A DNA stretch of 64,000 nt, taken from positions 496,001-560,000 of the forward strand of contig JAIVFI010000025.1 in NCBI GenBank assembly GCA_025558095.1. The letters run 5' to 3'. This document shows positions 1 through 11,490 of this stretch, in pieces. The notes beneath the pieces were generated by a model. It made no database searches. It had not been told where the DNA came from and was given only the letters and a program-made list of their open reading frames with translations. The DNA is from Hyaloraphidium curvatum SAG 235-1 (taxonomy: Eukaryota; Fungi; Monoblepharomycota). Numbering within the stretch: the stretch's first letter is position 1; the number at the start of each line of letters is the position of its first letter. Made by a program: the position numbers and the translations under genes.

Positions 1-2
1 TG

Positions 3-2427
3 GTGTTCGGGACAAAGGACGCGAACGTGCTCGACGGGCAGAAGAAGTTCTCGCTCGACCTGGGCGGCGACCGCGTGGCGTTCGGGCAGCCCCGGCCAAA
101 AGGGAAGCTGTACCTCTACACCCCGGGGGACAACCGCGTCTCGGTGCTGGCAGAGGGCATGTCGTGCTCCAACGGCAAGGTGTTTTCGCGGGCCGCAGAC
201 GGATCGCTGACCCTGTACGACATCGACTCGCTCCGGCGCAACGTGACCGCCTACCCGTTGGACATTTCCGCGCGCACCCTCGGCCCGGGCCGCGTGTCTG
301 CCGACCTGTCGCGCTACCGGGGCGTGCCCGACGGCATGTGCGCCGCGGGGGACGGCACCGCCGTCGTCGCCCTCTTCGACCCCTCGGCCTCGCCAACGGG
401 GCTGGCGGTGCGGATCGAGCTCGAGGGCGGGCGGGAGGTGGAGCGGTGGGAGGTGCCGGGGTCGCCGAGGGTCACATGCCCGCTTCTGGTGCCCGGGGAG
501 GGGGGAAACGGGGCGAAGCTGGTCCTGACGACGGCCGTCGAGGGGATGCCCGACAGAATGAGGGCGGTTTGCCCCGAGGCCGGCACGCTGTTCGAGGCCG
601 ACACGGACCTCCGCGGCGTCCCCGAACCCGCACACGTCGTCATGGGGTCCTTGCTCGACTCCCCGCCCGCGAACGGTGAGGCCGACCTTTCCAAGGATGA
701 GTTGGAGGACGACCCGCGCAAGCTCCGCGCGCTCCTGGACCTGGGCTCCCTCCTGGACGGCCTGGTCGAGGAGTCCCAGATGGAGCGCCGCTCCCTCGGC
801 GAGACGCTGGCCCGCGTGCTGCCCGAGCTGTGCGGGTTCCTCGGCGCCAGGGGCGCGTTCGTCCGCAGCTTCGGGGAGGACCTCGCGCTCGGCACGTTCA
901 AGCACCCGGCGGACCTGGAGATCCCGGACGAGCAGGGGGTGCTGCACGCCGCGGGGCCGGAGGAGAGGGGGGAGGTTGCCAGGATGGTGGGCACGGATCT
1001 GGTGCTGGCCAGGTCGATGGACGTCGCGGGGGAGTGGTTCGGCACCGCCGGGCTGGTGGTCCCGGCGGAGGCGATGCGCTGGGACGAGACGTTCATGGGG
1101 CGGTGCCTGCAGGTCGCGTGCGAGGAGCTCGACAACTTCCTCTTTGCGGTGGGTGGCGCTTCCGACGGAGCGCGCTGCGGACTGGTGACCGATATCCTTG
1201 TCGCAGATCCGCGCCGCCCGCGAGAAGCACCGCGTGATGATGGAGCTCGCCGACGCCCTGCGGCACCGCGTCCTCGGCGAGGGCCTCGTGCAGGCCGTCC
1301 GCGCGCTCTCGCGCGCCGTCCCGCTGGACCGCGTCCTGCTGGTCTGCGTGGCGGAGGAGGAAACCGCGCGCACGCTGCACGTCCAGCTCTTTGAGCAGGG
1401 CGAGCTCCGCGTGGACACGATGGGCTCGCTGCCGCCGCCCGACGACGAGAGTGAGATCAAGATGGAGGCCGGGGGGTACCTCCGCGGTGGGGACCGGGCG
1501 CTGCTGAGGCGGTTCGCGTTTGAGCACGCGCAAGAGGAGGTGCTGATCAACGGGGTGACGCATTCGACGGTCGTGGGCAAGGTGCTCGTCACGTCGCGGT
1601 TTGGGAGCTTCAACACGGTGGGCTTCGCGGAGAGCCCCATTGGTCTCGCATTGACACCCCCCCCCGCCCCCTCGTCCACGCAGTACGACCGCGAGCTCCT
1701 CGCCGGCTTCGCGGGCTTCGTCCGGCAGCGCGTGGTCGACTTCAACAAGGAGTGGCGCAACCTCGCCCGCAGCTTCCGCGCCGAGGACGTCGCCCGCCTC
1801 CTCCAATCGGACGATTACCGCCAGCGGTACCTCGGCCCCCGCGAGGAGGTCGTCGCGATGCTGTACGTCGACATCGCCGGGTTCACGCGGATCAGCGAGC
1901 AGGTCCTGGGCACGCCGAGCGCGGTGGCGGCGCTCGTGGAGACGTGGTCGGAGCAGGCGGTGCAGCTCGTGTGGGAGCACGGCGGGGTGTTTGACAAGAT
2001 GGTCGGGGACTGCATCATCGCGCTCTTCGGCCCGCCGTTCTACGACGTGCCGCAGGGCGGCAGGCTGGCGGCGGCGATCGCCTGCGCGGTGGCGATCCGG
2101 GACATGACCCGCGCGCTGCCCGAGAGGCCCGGGTTCGAGGCCATCCGCGCCGCGGGCGGGCTTGGCGTGAGCACGGGGGTCAACCTGGCGCCGCTGTTCG
2201 TGGGAACGTTCGGGCCAAACGACAACTTCACGGGCTTCAGCTCGGGGATGAACAACACGGCGCGGCTGCAGCATTGTGCGGAGAGGGACGAGATACTGGT
2301 CATGAGCGGGTCGCTTTCGGCGCTGCCCGAGGGGGGGCACGGGTTTGAGTTTGGGCCCGAGAGGGAGGCCAAGGTCAAGAACGTGGCCGAGCCGCTCAAG
2401 TTCAGGCCGCTGGTTTCGATGACCTAG
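3..2427 (+). CDS. SMP-30/gluconolactonase-like domain fused to class III adenylate/guanylate cyclase (5'-truncated by window edge)
   Basis: N-part has SGL motifs CSNGKVF, PDGMC, VTCP. C-part has cyclase motifs YVDIAGFT, FDKMVGDCIIALFG, NNTARLQ. GT-AG intron 1149-1206 joins ORFs 3..1394 and 1198..2427 in frame; second in-frame intron 1618-1683. Confidence 0.8.
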
Positions 2428-2457
2428 GGCTCACGTGATGCTGAAATGTACTGCATT

Positions 2458-2583
2458 CGGTGTAACATATGGCGAAGCTTTTCCATCTTCGATTGGCCTC
2501 GGTGCAACATATGGCGAAGCTTTTCCATCTTCGATTGGCCTCGGTGCAACATATGGCGAAGCTTTTCCATCTTCGATTGGCCT
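2458..2583. repeat. 42-bp tandem repeat, 3 copies (cggtgcaacatatggcgaagcttttccatcttcgattggcct)
   Basis: Directly visible; one mismatch in the first copy, no spacers. Confidence 0.97.
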
Positions 2584-3071
2584 CAGGTGGACATCGGTCA
2601 AGCATGCGGCCGATCCGTCATTTTTGTGGCGAGGCAAAGGCCTTCCTTGCATCCGAAACGCACAGGACCGATTCAAGCGAGCAGATCTGACATCCTGGAG
2701 TGCTGTGTGGTGGCATTTGGTGGTGGCTACTGTTCCTGGACGCTGGTGGGGATTTTTGAGGGGGGCGGAGAGAGTTTTGGAGAACTTGCCGCAGGGGCTT
2801 CTTGGCTAGTTTCCGGCTTCAGGAAACGAGAGGCCTTGCGACCTCGAATACTATCGGACCCAACAGAGAGCCCATGAGCTCCAATTATCCCAATTCTCCG
2901 TCGGTCGATTCCGGCGATTTTCAATGTGTCTTCTCGAGGCAAGTCGCTGACGTGGCGAGTCGAACCAGGTTCTGGACCGTGGACTCACAGCCCTTGCCTT
3001 CACAGCCCTCGCCTTCCCTCCGAACCCGCCGAAACCGGAACCCCCGCTCCCCCGCTCGCAACGGCGCCAAG

Positions 3072-4009
3072 ATGAACACTCCGCCCCGCTCTGCCGGCAG
3101 CTCGCCCGCCGCTCCGCTGGAGCCTGCGCTGTTCCTGCCCGAGCGCGCGTTCGCGCCGCCCGACGAGCCCGAGCTGCTGCTCCTCCCCGGCGGCCTCGGG
3201 CTCAGCCTGTTCCCCGCCGTGCGGCCCGCCGAGTTCGCCGCGCCCACGCCCGCGTCTCAGCTGCCGTCGCCGCCGTGGGACGCGCCCGCCGCGTTCCCCG
3301 CGCTGCCGCCGGTGCCGCCCCTCGGCCTCGCCGACACGCGCGCGCCGTTCGACCTCGACCCCGAGCTGCTGCACCTGTGCTCCTCAGGCCTCGGCATCGG
3401 CGGCCCCGCGGTGCCGCCCGGCGCGCTGATGCCCGTGCCGCCGGTCGACGAGCGCGCAAGGGGCACGGTGTTCGACGACGACTCGGTCGAGGCGTCCGAG
3501 GCCGGCGACAACGACGCGCAGGACTTCCACATGCCGAGCGACGCAAAGGCCGCACAGGGGGTGCTGGTGCTCGTCGAGAACGGGAGGCGCAAGCGGGTCT
3601 ACGCCAACTCGGACGAGGAGGAAAAGGCCGCGCGGAAGCGGGCCCGGAACAGTGCGTGGACGACCGATGCAATCCGATGCGCGCCCCATGCGCTGATCTG
3701 TGCATGGTTTGCGCAGCCGAGTCGGCGAGGAGGGCCAGGGTCCGCCGGGCGGAGCAGGTGCGCGGGCTCACGGACGAGATCGGCAGGCTCAGGGCGGAGA
3801 ACGCGGCGCTGCGGGCGCAGCTGGCGGCGGAGAGGAGGGCCAACGGGTGCGGAGCACTGCCGTCGGTCCGCGACTTGTTCAGCTGACCCAATAGTTGTTC
3901 CTCGCCGCACAGGCACGAACCGTTCCCGGACCACCTCGAGCAGCCCGACTACCACCTCCAGCCTGCCCCCTCCTCCCGCCGCCGCAACTCCAGGACCCTC
4001 AAGAACTAG
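3072..4009 (+). CDS. bZIP transcription factor with GCN4/Cpc1-like basic region
   Basis: Removing intron 3652-3716 gives KRARNTESARRARVRRAEQVRGLTDEIGRLRAENAALRAQL (basic region plus leucine heptads). Second intron 3847-3912. An alternative in-frame ATG lies at 2874. Confidence 0.8.
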
Positions 4010-4502
4010 CCCCGCTGGACGGGCTCGCTACAAGGCACGCACGACCGGGCACGGAACCCGCGCGGCACGAACTATACTGTCTCGGGATACAGAGTTGCGA
4101 TTCGTTGGGGAAAGTCGGGGACGGGGCGGATGAACCCGGAGGGAATCGGAAAGTGCATTCTTGTGCATAGTGATGCCGTAATGGGAAGCTCGGGGTCGTC
4201 GAACGGCGGGGGAGGGAGTCCGAGGGGGGACAAATTGGATGGGCGGAGGGAGAAGCCACCGCCACCTGGGCCAACCGCGGCTCGCAAGAAGCCAAGCATC
4301 GAAATACAGAGCTATCGGTGGCACTGAGAGTCCGATCCTTGTTTCTCTGAGCACAGTACGTTGGCCTTGGCTGATGATATACGGACCTGACCTGCCAAGG
4401 CGGGCATTGTTTATTCGACGCGCTGAACGCGAATGCCCGTTTCGGCGCCTTCTAGACCTCATCGCAACCCGCATCAGACATCTTCCCAAGCCTCAGCGCC
4501 AC

Positions 4503-5603
4503 ATGGCCTCCCAGACGCGCCCCGTGCGCGCCTGGCGCCTTGCCGCCGGCTCCCTCTCGTCCCTCCGCCCCCTTCCCCAGCCGGACATCTCCCCGCCCGC
4601 CGCGGGCGAGGTCGTCGTCGCCGTCCGCGCGTGCGGGCTCAACTTTGCCGACGTGTTCGCGTGCCTCGGCCTCTATTCGGCGACGCCCAAGGGGGAGTTC
4701 ACGCCGGGGTTGGAGTTCAGCGGCGCGGTGGAGGAGACGGGGGAGGGCGTGATAGAACTGCAAGTGGGCGACAGGGTGTACGGGGTGACCCGGTTCGGGG
4801 GCTACGCGACACGGCTGAAGATCGACGCGCGATACGTGCGCAGGATGCCGGAAAGCTGGTCCTTTGCCGAGGGGGCCGCGTTCCCGGTGCAGGCCGTCAC
4901 GGCCTACTACGGCCTGTTCAGGCTGGGAGCGGCAACGAAGGGCAGCTCGGTGCTGGTGCATTCTGCGGCGGGGGGAACGGGGCTCTGGGCGACCAAGCTG
5001 TGCCTCGCGGCGGGAGCATCGGTGGTCGGCACCGTCGGCAGCGCGGGCAAGGCCGCGGAGCTGCAACGGCTGGCGGGGCTCCCAGCGGACTGCATCGTGG
5101 ACCGCTCCACCGCGCCCTCCGCATCCAGGGAGGCCGCGCTGCGTGCCGCTGCCGAGGCGGCGTGCGGGCGGCCGACTTTCGACGTCGTCTTTGACTCGCT
5201 CCTGGGGGAGTGGTTCGCCCCCTCGTACGCGCTCCTGGCGCCCATGGGCCGGCATGTGGTGCTGGGCGCGGGCGCCATGACACCTCCCGATGCGGGCCTG
5301 GGGATGCTGGATTGGCTCAGGCTGGGGTACCAGTACCTGACGCGTCCCACAGTCGACCCGCTTGCCATGATGTCGCTCAACAGGAGCGTCATGGCGTTCA
5401 ACCTCATCTGGCTGTACGAGGCGGCGGACCTCCTGGGCGAGGTGTTTGCGGAGCTCGCCGAGGCAACCAAGGAGCTGGGGCCGGCGCACGTGGGGGCCGA
5501 GTTTGCTTTCGAGGACGCGCCGGCGGCGCTGCGGAAACTGCAAGGCGGGGAGACCGTGGGGAAGGTCGTGCTTATCGTGGGAGACCACGGGGGCGGTGCG
5601 TAG
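4503..5603 (+). CDS. MDR-family NADPH quinone oxidoreductase / VAT-1-like protein
   Basis: GLNFAD, PGLEFSG, LVHSAAGGTG, GETVGKVVL motifs; intronless. Confidence 0.9.
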   Translation: MASQTRPVRAWRLAAGSLSSLRPLPQPDISPPAAGEVVVAVRACGLNFADVFACLGLYSATPKGEFTPGLEFSGAVEETGEGVIELQVGDRVYGVTRFGGYATRLKIDARYVRRMPESWSFAEGAAFPVQAVTAYYGLFRLGAATKGSSVLVHSAAGGTGLWATKLCLAAGASVVGTVGSAGKAAELQRLAGLPADCIVDRSTAPSASREAALRAAAEAACGRPTFDVVFDSLLGEWFAPSYALLAPMGRHVVLGAGAMTPPDAGLGMLDWLRLGYQYLTRPTVDPLAMMSLNRSVMAFNLIWLYEAADLLGEVFAELAEATKELGPAHVGAEFAFEDAPAALRKLQGGETVGKVVLIVGDHGGGA

Positions 5604-5651
5604 GTGTACCTGATATTGAAGCTCATGTTCAACATGCATCCTGAGCCACCT

Positions 5652-7179
5652 TTAAAGGCCCTCGCAGCTCCCGTCGCTCGCGCACCCCGTGTCCGAATAG
5701 GGCGCCCACCCCTTGGGATCCTGGTGGTTCACGCACTCGTCGACGGTGACGAAGCGGTACCCCTTGGATTTGGCGAGGTCGATCACGCGCTGCGCGAGGG
5801 TGTACACGGTGGACGGGACCACGTCGTGGGCGAGGGTGATGACGCCTCCCTGATCGGAAATGGGAGCGAGAGTGAGCCAGAGTGCGTAAGCTGCGGAACA
5901 AAGCTGCCCACCTGCCCGGCGTTGAAAAACTCGTTGTACGAGTCCATCGTCTCCTGCACGGTCCTGTCCCCTTGCGCGATCAGGAAATCCAGCGAGTCGA
6001 TGCCGTAGAGCACCACATGGTACCCCAGCCTGCCCAGCGCGGCCCGCACGCGGTCGTCCCTCCACCCGGCCCCGAACGGCGGCCGCATGAGGGTCGGATA
6101 GACCCCTATGGCCGCGTGCACGGCGGCGGCGAGCCTCTGCATCTCGTCGTTGATCCCGGCCTCGTCGAGGTTGGCCAGCGAGCGGTGCGACCACGTGTGC
6201 GAGCCGATCACGTGGCCCTCGTTGACAGCGCGGCGGAGGACGTTGGTGTGCTCAGAGATGCGGCCCTTGTTCTCTCCGTTCTGAAAATGCGTGAGCCGGG
6301 TGCGAAAATCACTGCAGATCGACTCACCACAAAGAATGTCACTTTGACGTCGTTTTGCTTGAGGATGTCGAGCAGGTCGTTTGTGTACCGCCACGGCCCA
6401 TCGTCGAACGTCAAAGCGATCGCAGCGTCCGGGCAGGCGCCGAGGTAGTAGGTCGGTGCCAGGTCCGCGTACGGCCTGCTTCCGGTCCTCAGCGTCGGAA
6501 GCGCCGGCACCGGCCCCGGATCCTCGCTGCCCCTGGCCGGTGGCGCCGAGGTCCACGTTCCCGCAGAGGGTACGTCGCTTTCGCCCTCGCACCCGGCGGG
6601 CTTGCCGCGCATGGAGACCTCGTGCAGGCGGAACCGCGTGGCGGGGGGGAAGCCCTGGAGGGCGAACCACTGCATGTTCACCGAGCTTTCCCCCGGGAAG
6701 AGATCGGCGAACGGAATGGCGACCTCGGTGGGCTCCGTCTCCGAAGTCGGAATGAATTGCAGGGGAAGGTACCACTGCTTGGCCGGCTCGCCGGATTTGC
6801 AGCCGCCCGTCAGGGCGCCGATGCCGTAGACGGACGCCGGGCCGCGCAGCTTGAGCCGAATCGCATCGAAGCGGCTCATGTTGGCGCACGCGGTGTCGGT
6901 GAGGAGCCAGCTGTGCCCGCCGGCGGGGGCGAACTCGAGCGCGCCGCCGCCGCCCTCCAAGGCGACGATTCGGGGCGGCTCGGACATGCTTCCGCCGTCG
7001 GTCCACGCCTTGTCGTACGCATTGAGGCCGAGCGCCGTGCCCGGGGGCCGCGCGAATGCGTCGACGAGGAGGGAAGAGCACGTGCGGACCGCGCGCTCCG
7101 CCAGCGGGACCGCGGCCGCGGGGGCCGCCAGCGCGAGCGCTGCAAGACCCGCAAGGGCAGGGCCGCCCGGGAAGCGCAT
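5652..7179 (-). CDS. Secreted polysaccharide (chitin) deacetylase, CE4/NodB domain, with N-terminal extension
   Basis: Signal peptide MRFPGGPALAGLAALALAAPAAA; ALTFDDGP, IGSHTWSH, MRPPFG, TLAHD motifs; introns 6281-6327 and 5850-5911. Confidence 0.9.
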
Positions 7180-7779
7180 TTTCAGAGCTGCTGAAGCAGA
7201 CAGATGTCTCTTCTTGGCCCTCTGAAGCGGAGTTCCGGGGGGCATTCGTAGGGGACCCTTTGTTTCTTTGGCGTCCAGACCGCGCTGCTGCTGCTCAGGA
7301 CTCGGACGGAGCTCGACCCTGTCATGGGACCCTCGCGGAATGCAGACTCGAATAGTTAAATACAATAGGAACTGAGGTGAGACGTTGTATGGGGTCGCTG
7401 CAACGATCCATGCGCCGCGCTGTTGTTCAACGTTGAAGTCCACACACTTCTCGTCGAGACTTTCATGGCCTGGGAACCTTTCGCGCGAAAGCCGAAGCAC
7501 CTACAGGCTCCAGGAATATGTTTGGTCTGTGCTGATGCGGAATCGGGATCCGGGATGCGGCGGAGGTCCCCGAAGTGGCAGTGGGCGGAGCACCAGGCGG
7601 AGCAGGGGCGGAGCGTTCATCGCCGGTCCCTACGTCCCTGACACTTCAATGACCATGTAAGGCCCGGCGGCCCCATTGCGGCAACCAGATTTCCGGGATT
7701 CCGAATTCGGACATCGACAGACAGAGCTCCCGGGCGGACGACGTACGGCCGCGCCGGCCTCCTCTCGACCTCCATCGCC

Positions 7780-9174
7780 ATGCCCTTCCTCGCTGCGTCC
7801 CTCGCGGCGGTCGCCTTCCTTTCCGCCGCCTCGGGCGCCGCGGCGCAGTACACCCCGACCCCGCAGCTCGGCGGCTCTCTCCTGCGCTGGGAGTTTGCCG
7901 GCTGCGTCTCCAGCGAAGCCGCCAGCACCTACGACGGCTACTCTGAAGGCCTCGCGACTACCTGCGCCAACACCGTCGGACCGCGCTGGGTGCGCCCCTG
8001 GGCGACGAGCGAACTCAACGGCCGTCAACCCGACGGCGCCACCCGGTGCAGCGATCCAGCGGCGCCTTTTGCGGCTTGGTGCGCCGTGTCGACCGGCGCC
8101 GAGCGCAACCGCTGCGTCCAGTCGTGCGCCGACGGCGGGGCCTTTGTGCTGGCCACGGACACGACCTTCAGCGGCAATGGCAAGATTGCCTGCCTGGGCC
8201 CCGACTCCTACTCCTGCACCTGGTTCGAGGACGCCGAGTGCAAGATCCTCCGCCCCCTTGCGAAGCCCGCCATCACCGTCGCCGAGGGCGTGAGGTGCCG
8301 CACGGGCGGCAGGGGCTCCAACTGGTGCCGCGAGGCCTACGACCAGATCCACCTCGGCAAGCCGCAGACGGACTGCTCGGCCGGCCTTCCGCCCCCCGAC
8401 ACCACGTGCGAAGCCACCATCGGCGGTCCCGACCTCGAGGGCTCCGAGTTCGTGTGCTTTCAGGACGGCCACGGCTTGGACACCTTCGTTCCCGTCAAGC
8501 TCACCAAGTACAACCAGGTCGCCTGCCAGAGCCGCAACTCGAGGGACTGCATCTGGGTTTCCAGGTCTTGCTGCGAAAAGCTCGCCGCCACGGCCGACAG
8601 CACCACCCCTTACCTCGAGGCCGGCGTGCAGCACGAGGCAGTGTGGGGCGACGACGGTTTCGTCGACCCCCTGGGCTGGGCAACCCTGGCGCGGAACTCG
8701 TTCGCGGCGAACCCGCCCAAGCCCGCGCAGCGCCCCGACGAGTCGGGCGTGGAGGGCGAGTTCCGGGGCTGCGAGGCGGACATCACCTCGCGCTGCAACG
8801 ACAGGCCCGATACCCAACTGCAGCTCGCCTTCAGTACGTGCATGGGCCAGGCCAAGGCGTACAAGGGCTTCTCAGCCTACGGCGGCCCGCTGCAGTGCCC
8901 CGACAACGTCGGGAGGGTGCTCGCCTCGTGCGTCGCCGAGTTCGGATCGCGTTACAAGCAGCCAGCGTGCTCCCGGATCGGGCCCATGGTCAACTACAAG
9001 GTCCGCGCGCCCGAGGGCGACGGATGCAAGCTGGGACCCGACGGGGCCGACAGGGATCGGTCTCTGACCATTTGCGCCGAGGTCTGCGGGAACGTCACCG
9101 ACGGCAGGGGCTCCAACTACTCGGAGTGCAGGGAGGACGGGCTCTTCTGGTGCTACTGCACGAAATACCTTTGA
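7780..9174 (+). CDS. Secreted cysteine-rich protein of unknown function
   Basis: Signal peptide, numerous Cys, 464-aa intronless ORF with GC3-biased codons. Confidence 0.8.
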   Translation: MPFLAASLAAVAFLSAASGAAAQYTPTPQLGGSLLRWEFAGCVSSEAASTYDGYSEGLATTCANTVGPRWVRPWATSELNGRQPDGATRCSDPAAPFAAWCAVSTGAERNRCVQSCADGGAFVLATDTTFSGNGKIACLGPDSYSCTWFEDAECKILRPLAKPAITVAEGVRCRTGGRGSNWCREAYDQIHLGKPQTDCSAGLPPPDTTCEATIGGPDLEGSEFVCFQDGHGLDTFVPVKLTKYNQVACQSRNSRDCIWVSRSCCEKLAATADSTTPYLEAGVQHEAVWGDDGFVDPLGWATLARNSFAANPPKPAQRPDESGVEGEFRGCEADITSRCNDRPDTQLQLAFSTCMGQAKAYKGFSAYGGPLQCPDNVGRVLASCVAEFGSRYKQPACSRIGPMVNYKVRAPEGDGCKLGPDGADRDRSLTICAEVCGNVTDGRGSNYSECREDGLFWCYCTKYL

Positions 9175-9479
9175 AACAAGCTTCTTCTCCTGCACTCATT
9201 GCCCTCATTGCGCGGTAGACTGCTATACTTGCTATGTATGCCTCTGTCTCCATATACCACGTCGCCGACGCCGTGACCTAGCCCAAAATAAATCACTACG
9301 CCGTTCCACTTACTACAAAGTACGCAGCAACTCCGGACGCCCACCAACCCCGTCCATTCTCCACCCTTACTCTCTTTCCCTGCCGGTTGATCCCGCGCCA
9401 ACATTGCCCAATGCAGGCCACGATCACCATCACCGAAGGCGCCGAGCCCCGAAAGCTGCCGCCGTGGAAAGAGTCCCGA

Positions 9480-10310
9480 TCACACCGCCTCGCAGCTCCC
9501 GAGCAACTCCATGTTTGGGTACTTCACGGTTGCGGTCGACCAGTTCGCGCCGGAGTCGGTCGCACGCCTTTAGCGGGCTGGCAGCGCGTACGAGGAAGAA
9601 CGAGACAGAGGCCGGTGACCTGGCCACGATCCAGAAGACGGTGTCTGCGGAGTAGGTCGTCGCGGAGGCCGTGTAGGTGTAGGAACCTATGGGCCCGGGC
9701 GTGCCCGCAGTTGCGGCCGTCAGGGTGTCGAGAACCGTCGAGGAGGGGGTCCCGGAATTGTCCGCCCGGATCTCGAAGATGGGCATGGTCGCCGACATCA
9801 GCTGCATGCGCACCGTGAGGGAGGTGATCGCGCATCGGCTGTCCGACGGCATCCGGAACTGGTAGCCGCCCCAGATGGTCGGCCTCAGGTCGATCGGCGT
9901 GTCGTCGTTGTCCTGGGGCAAGTTCGAGGCGAGGGTCGCCGCGACGGGGGCGGCGTAGCGGCGGTAGAGCGAGATCAGGTCCGATTTGCCGATTCGAGGC
10001 AGGCGACGCCGTCAGGCGCGGCGCCGGGGTAGCCGAACTCGCTGTCACGTGGCATCGGGGAATCGTGAAGAGGTGAACGTGGTGTCGGCTGGCGCAACCC
10101 ACCAATAGTACTCGACAGGGCACTGGGCGCACGCGCCGGCAAAGATGACGCCCTTCGTGCCGGATGAGCTTATTCCGCCTGCGGGCGAGAGGGAGAGGGG
10201 CACGGGCCTGGCGGAGGAGGTCAGGCTGCGCGACGAGGATGGGGGATCAGATCCCACGAAGCCCTCGCGCTGGCGATGAGCGCCGCCGCCGCCAGCAGAA
10301 GGGCGAGCAT
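9480..10310 (-). CDS. Secreted protein with a beta-sandwich domain resembling bacterial choice-of-anchor R; exon structure uncertain
   Basis: Signal peptide MLALLLAAAALIASARA; intron 10208-10257 and probable intron 10042-10102; core SNL...YQF...ITSLTV...IRADNSGTPSSTVLDTL...TVFWIV. The remaining junctions are not resolved. Confidence 0.55.
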
Positions 10311-10868
10311 CGCGGGTGAAGAGCTCGAGTTGCGGGTCAACTCCGGGGGTGACCCTCCGGTGTCCTTGGTGTCCTTGCACCTACGTAATTCCAGGGTCGG
10401 GGACAGGAAGGCATCCAAACTACGCGAAGCACTGAGCGTATATGGTAGGAATGCATCTTCGTTTGCCCCGTGGGTTTCGTAGCCCCGGATGGCCCGAGGG
10501 ATTCGCCGTAGCGAAATCCGGTTTTCACGGAAGCCGCCCGTGCCGCCCCGGATTGGGGCACGTTTCGACATTACCTTTTGGGATAAATCTGCCTAATACT
10601 GGAGCCCGACGAGCGATATAGCTCGCTAGGTTCACTCGCGCTATGATGCGGGTCCCAGGACTCGCGCCACTGTATTGGACCGACCGAGCGCCAACAGCGT
10701 TGCAGAAGCGAAAGCAGAGGATCCCGCAGGTCGGATCCTGTCGCGTGTTGGCCTCCTAGCCCAATCGACGCGCGGGTCCGTATATCAAGATTGACGCGAG
10801 CTGGTGGACGGTCACGGCGAAAGCGCAACTGGGTGGCGGCCGACTGCTGCTCGCCACCTCACCACACA

Positions 10869-11399
10869 ATGGCCGACTCGGCCGCATCGAAAACGCGCGC
10901 CTTCGCCGTCCGCCTGCTGCATCGCGTTCCGTTCGAGGCGGCGCTCGTCTGGACGGCCGTCGTCGGCCCGTTCTGGCTCCGCTTCGGCCCGCGTTTCTCC
11001 CGGAGCCTAGAGAACCCCGACGCGCGGCGACGTTTCGCGCGCCTCGAAAAACTCCCGCTGCTTCTCGGACTCGCATCGCACCTCGCCGCCACCTCCGGTG
11101 CTCCGACGGACGCGTTCAGGGCCTACCTCACGCTGGCGGCCCTCCGCCACTCGCTCGAGCTCGCGCAGCACGAGGCTCACGACACGGTTCCCCGCTCGGT
11201 ACCTCCGTGGGCGCTGGTGCAGATCCTTGCGGCGGTAGTCTGCGTCGCGTCTTGCAGCGGCTGGGAAGGATTCGTTCGCAGGGCGAAGAAGGAGGGGTGG
11301 CGCGTCGCCGTTCTGGTCGGCTTGGACCTTCTGGCATCCACTGCTGAGGTCGGTGCGGACGTGTACACGTTCTTTGCGGGGCAGAGGAAGTCACTCTAG
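10869..11399 (+). CDS. Small hypothetical membrane protein
   Basis: 176-aa ORF with several hydrophobic segments. Confidence 0.6.
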   Translation: MADSAASKTRAFAVRLLHRVPFEAALVWTAVVGPFWLRFGPRFSRSLENPDARRRFARLEKLPLLLGLASHLAATSGAPTDAFRAYLTLAALRHSLELAQHEAHDTVPRSVPPWALVQILAAVVCVASCSGWEGFVRRAKKEGWRVAVLVGLDLLASTAEVGADVYTFFAGQRKSL

Positions 11400-11490
11400 T
11401 GCCGGGATGAGACTGTGAAGATAGATTGTCACGTTTCTCTGAACCGTTCCCCTAGGCAGTCTCTCCCAAATCCTGCCACCGGTCGCCCGC

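Noticed and set aside
1093-1240. Programmed frameshift or pseudogene explanation for ORF breaks
   Set aside because: GT...AG introns with branch motifs restore the frame exactly.
2458-2583. Possible CRISPR array
   Set aside because: Units are contiguous with no unique spacers, there are no cas genes, and the context is eukaryotic.
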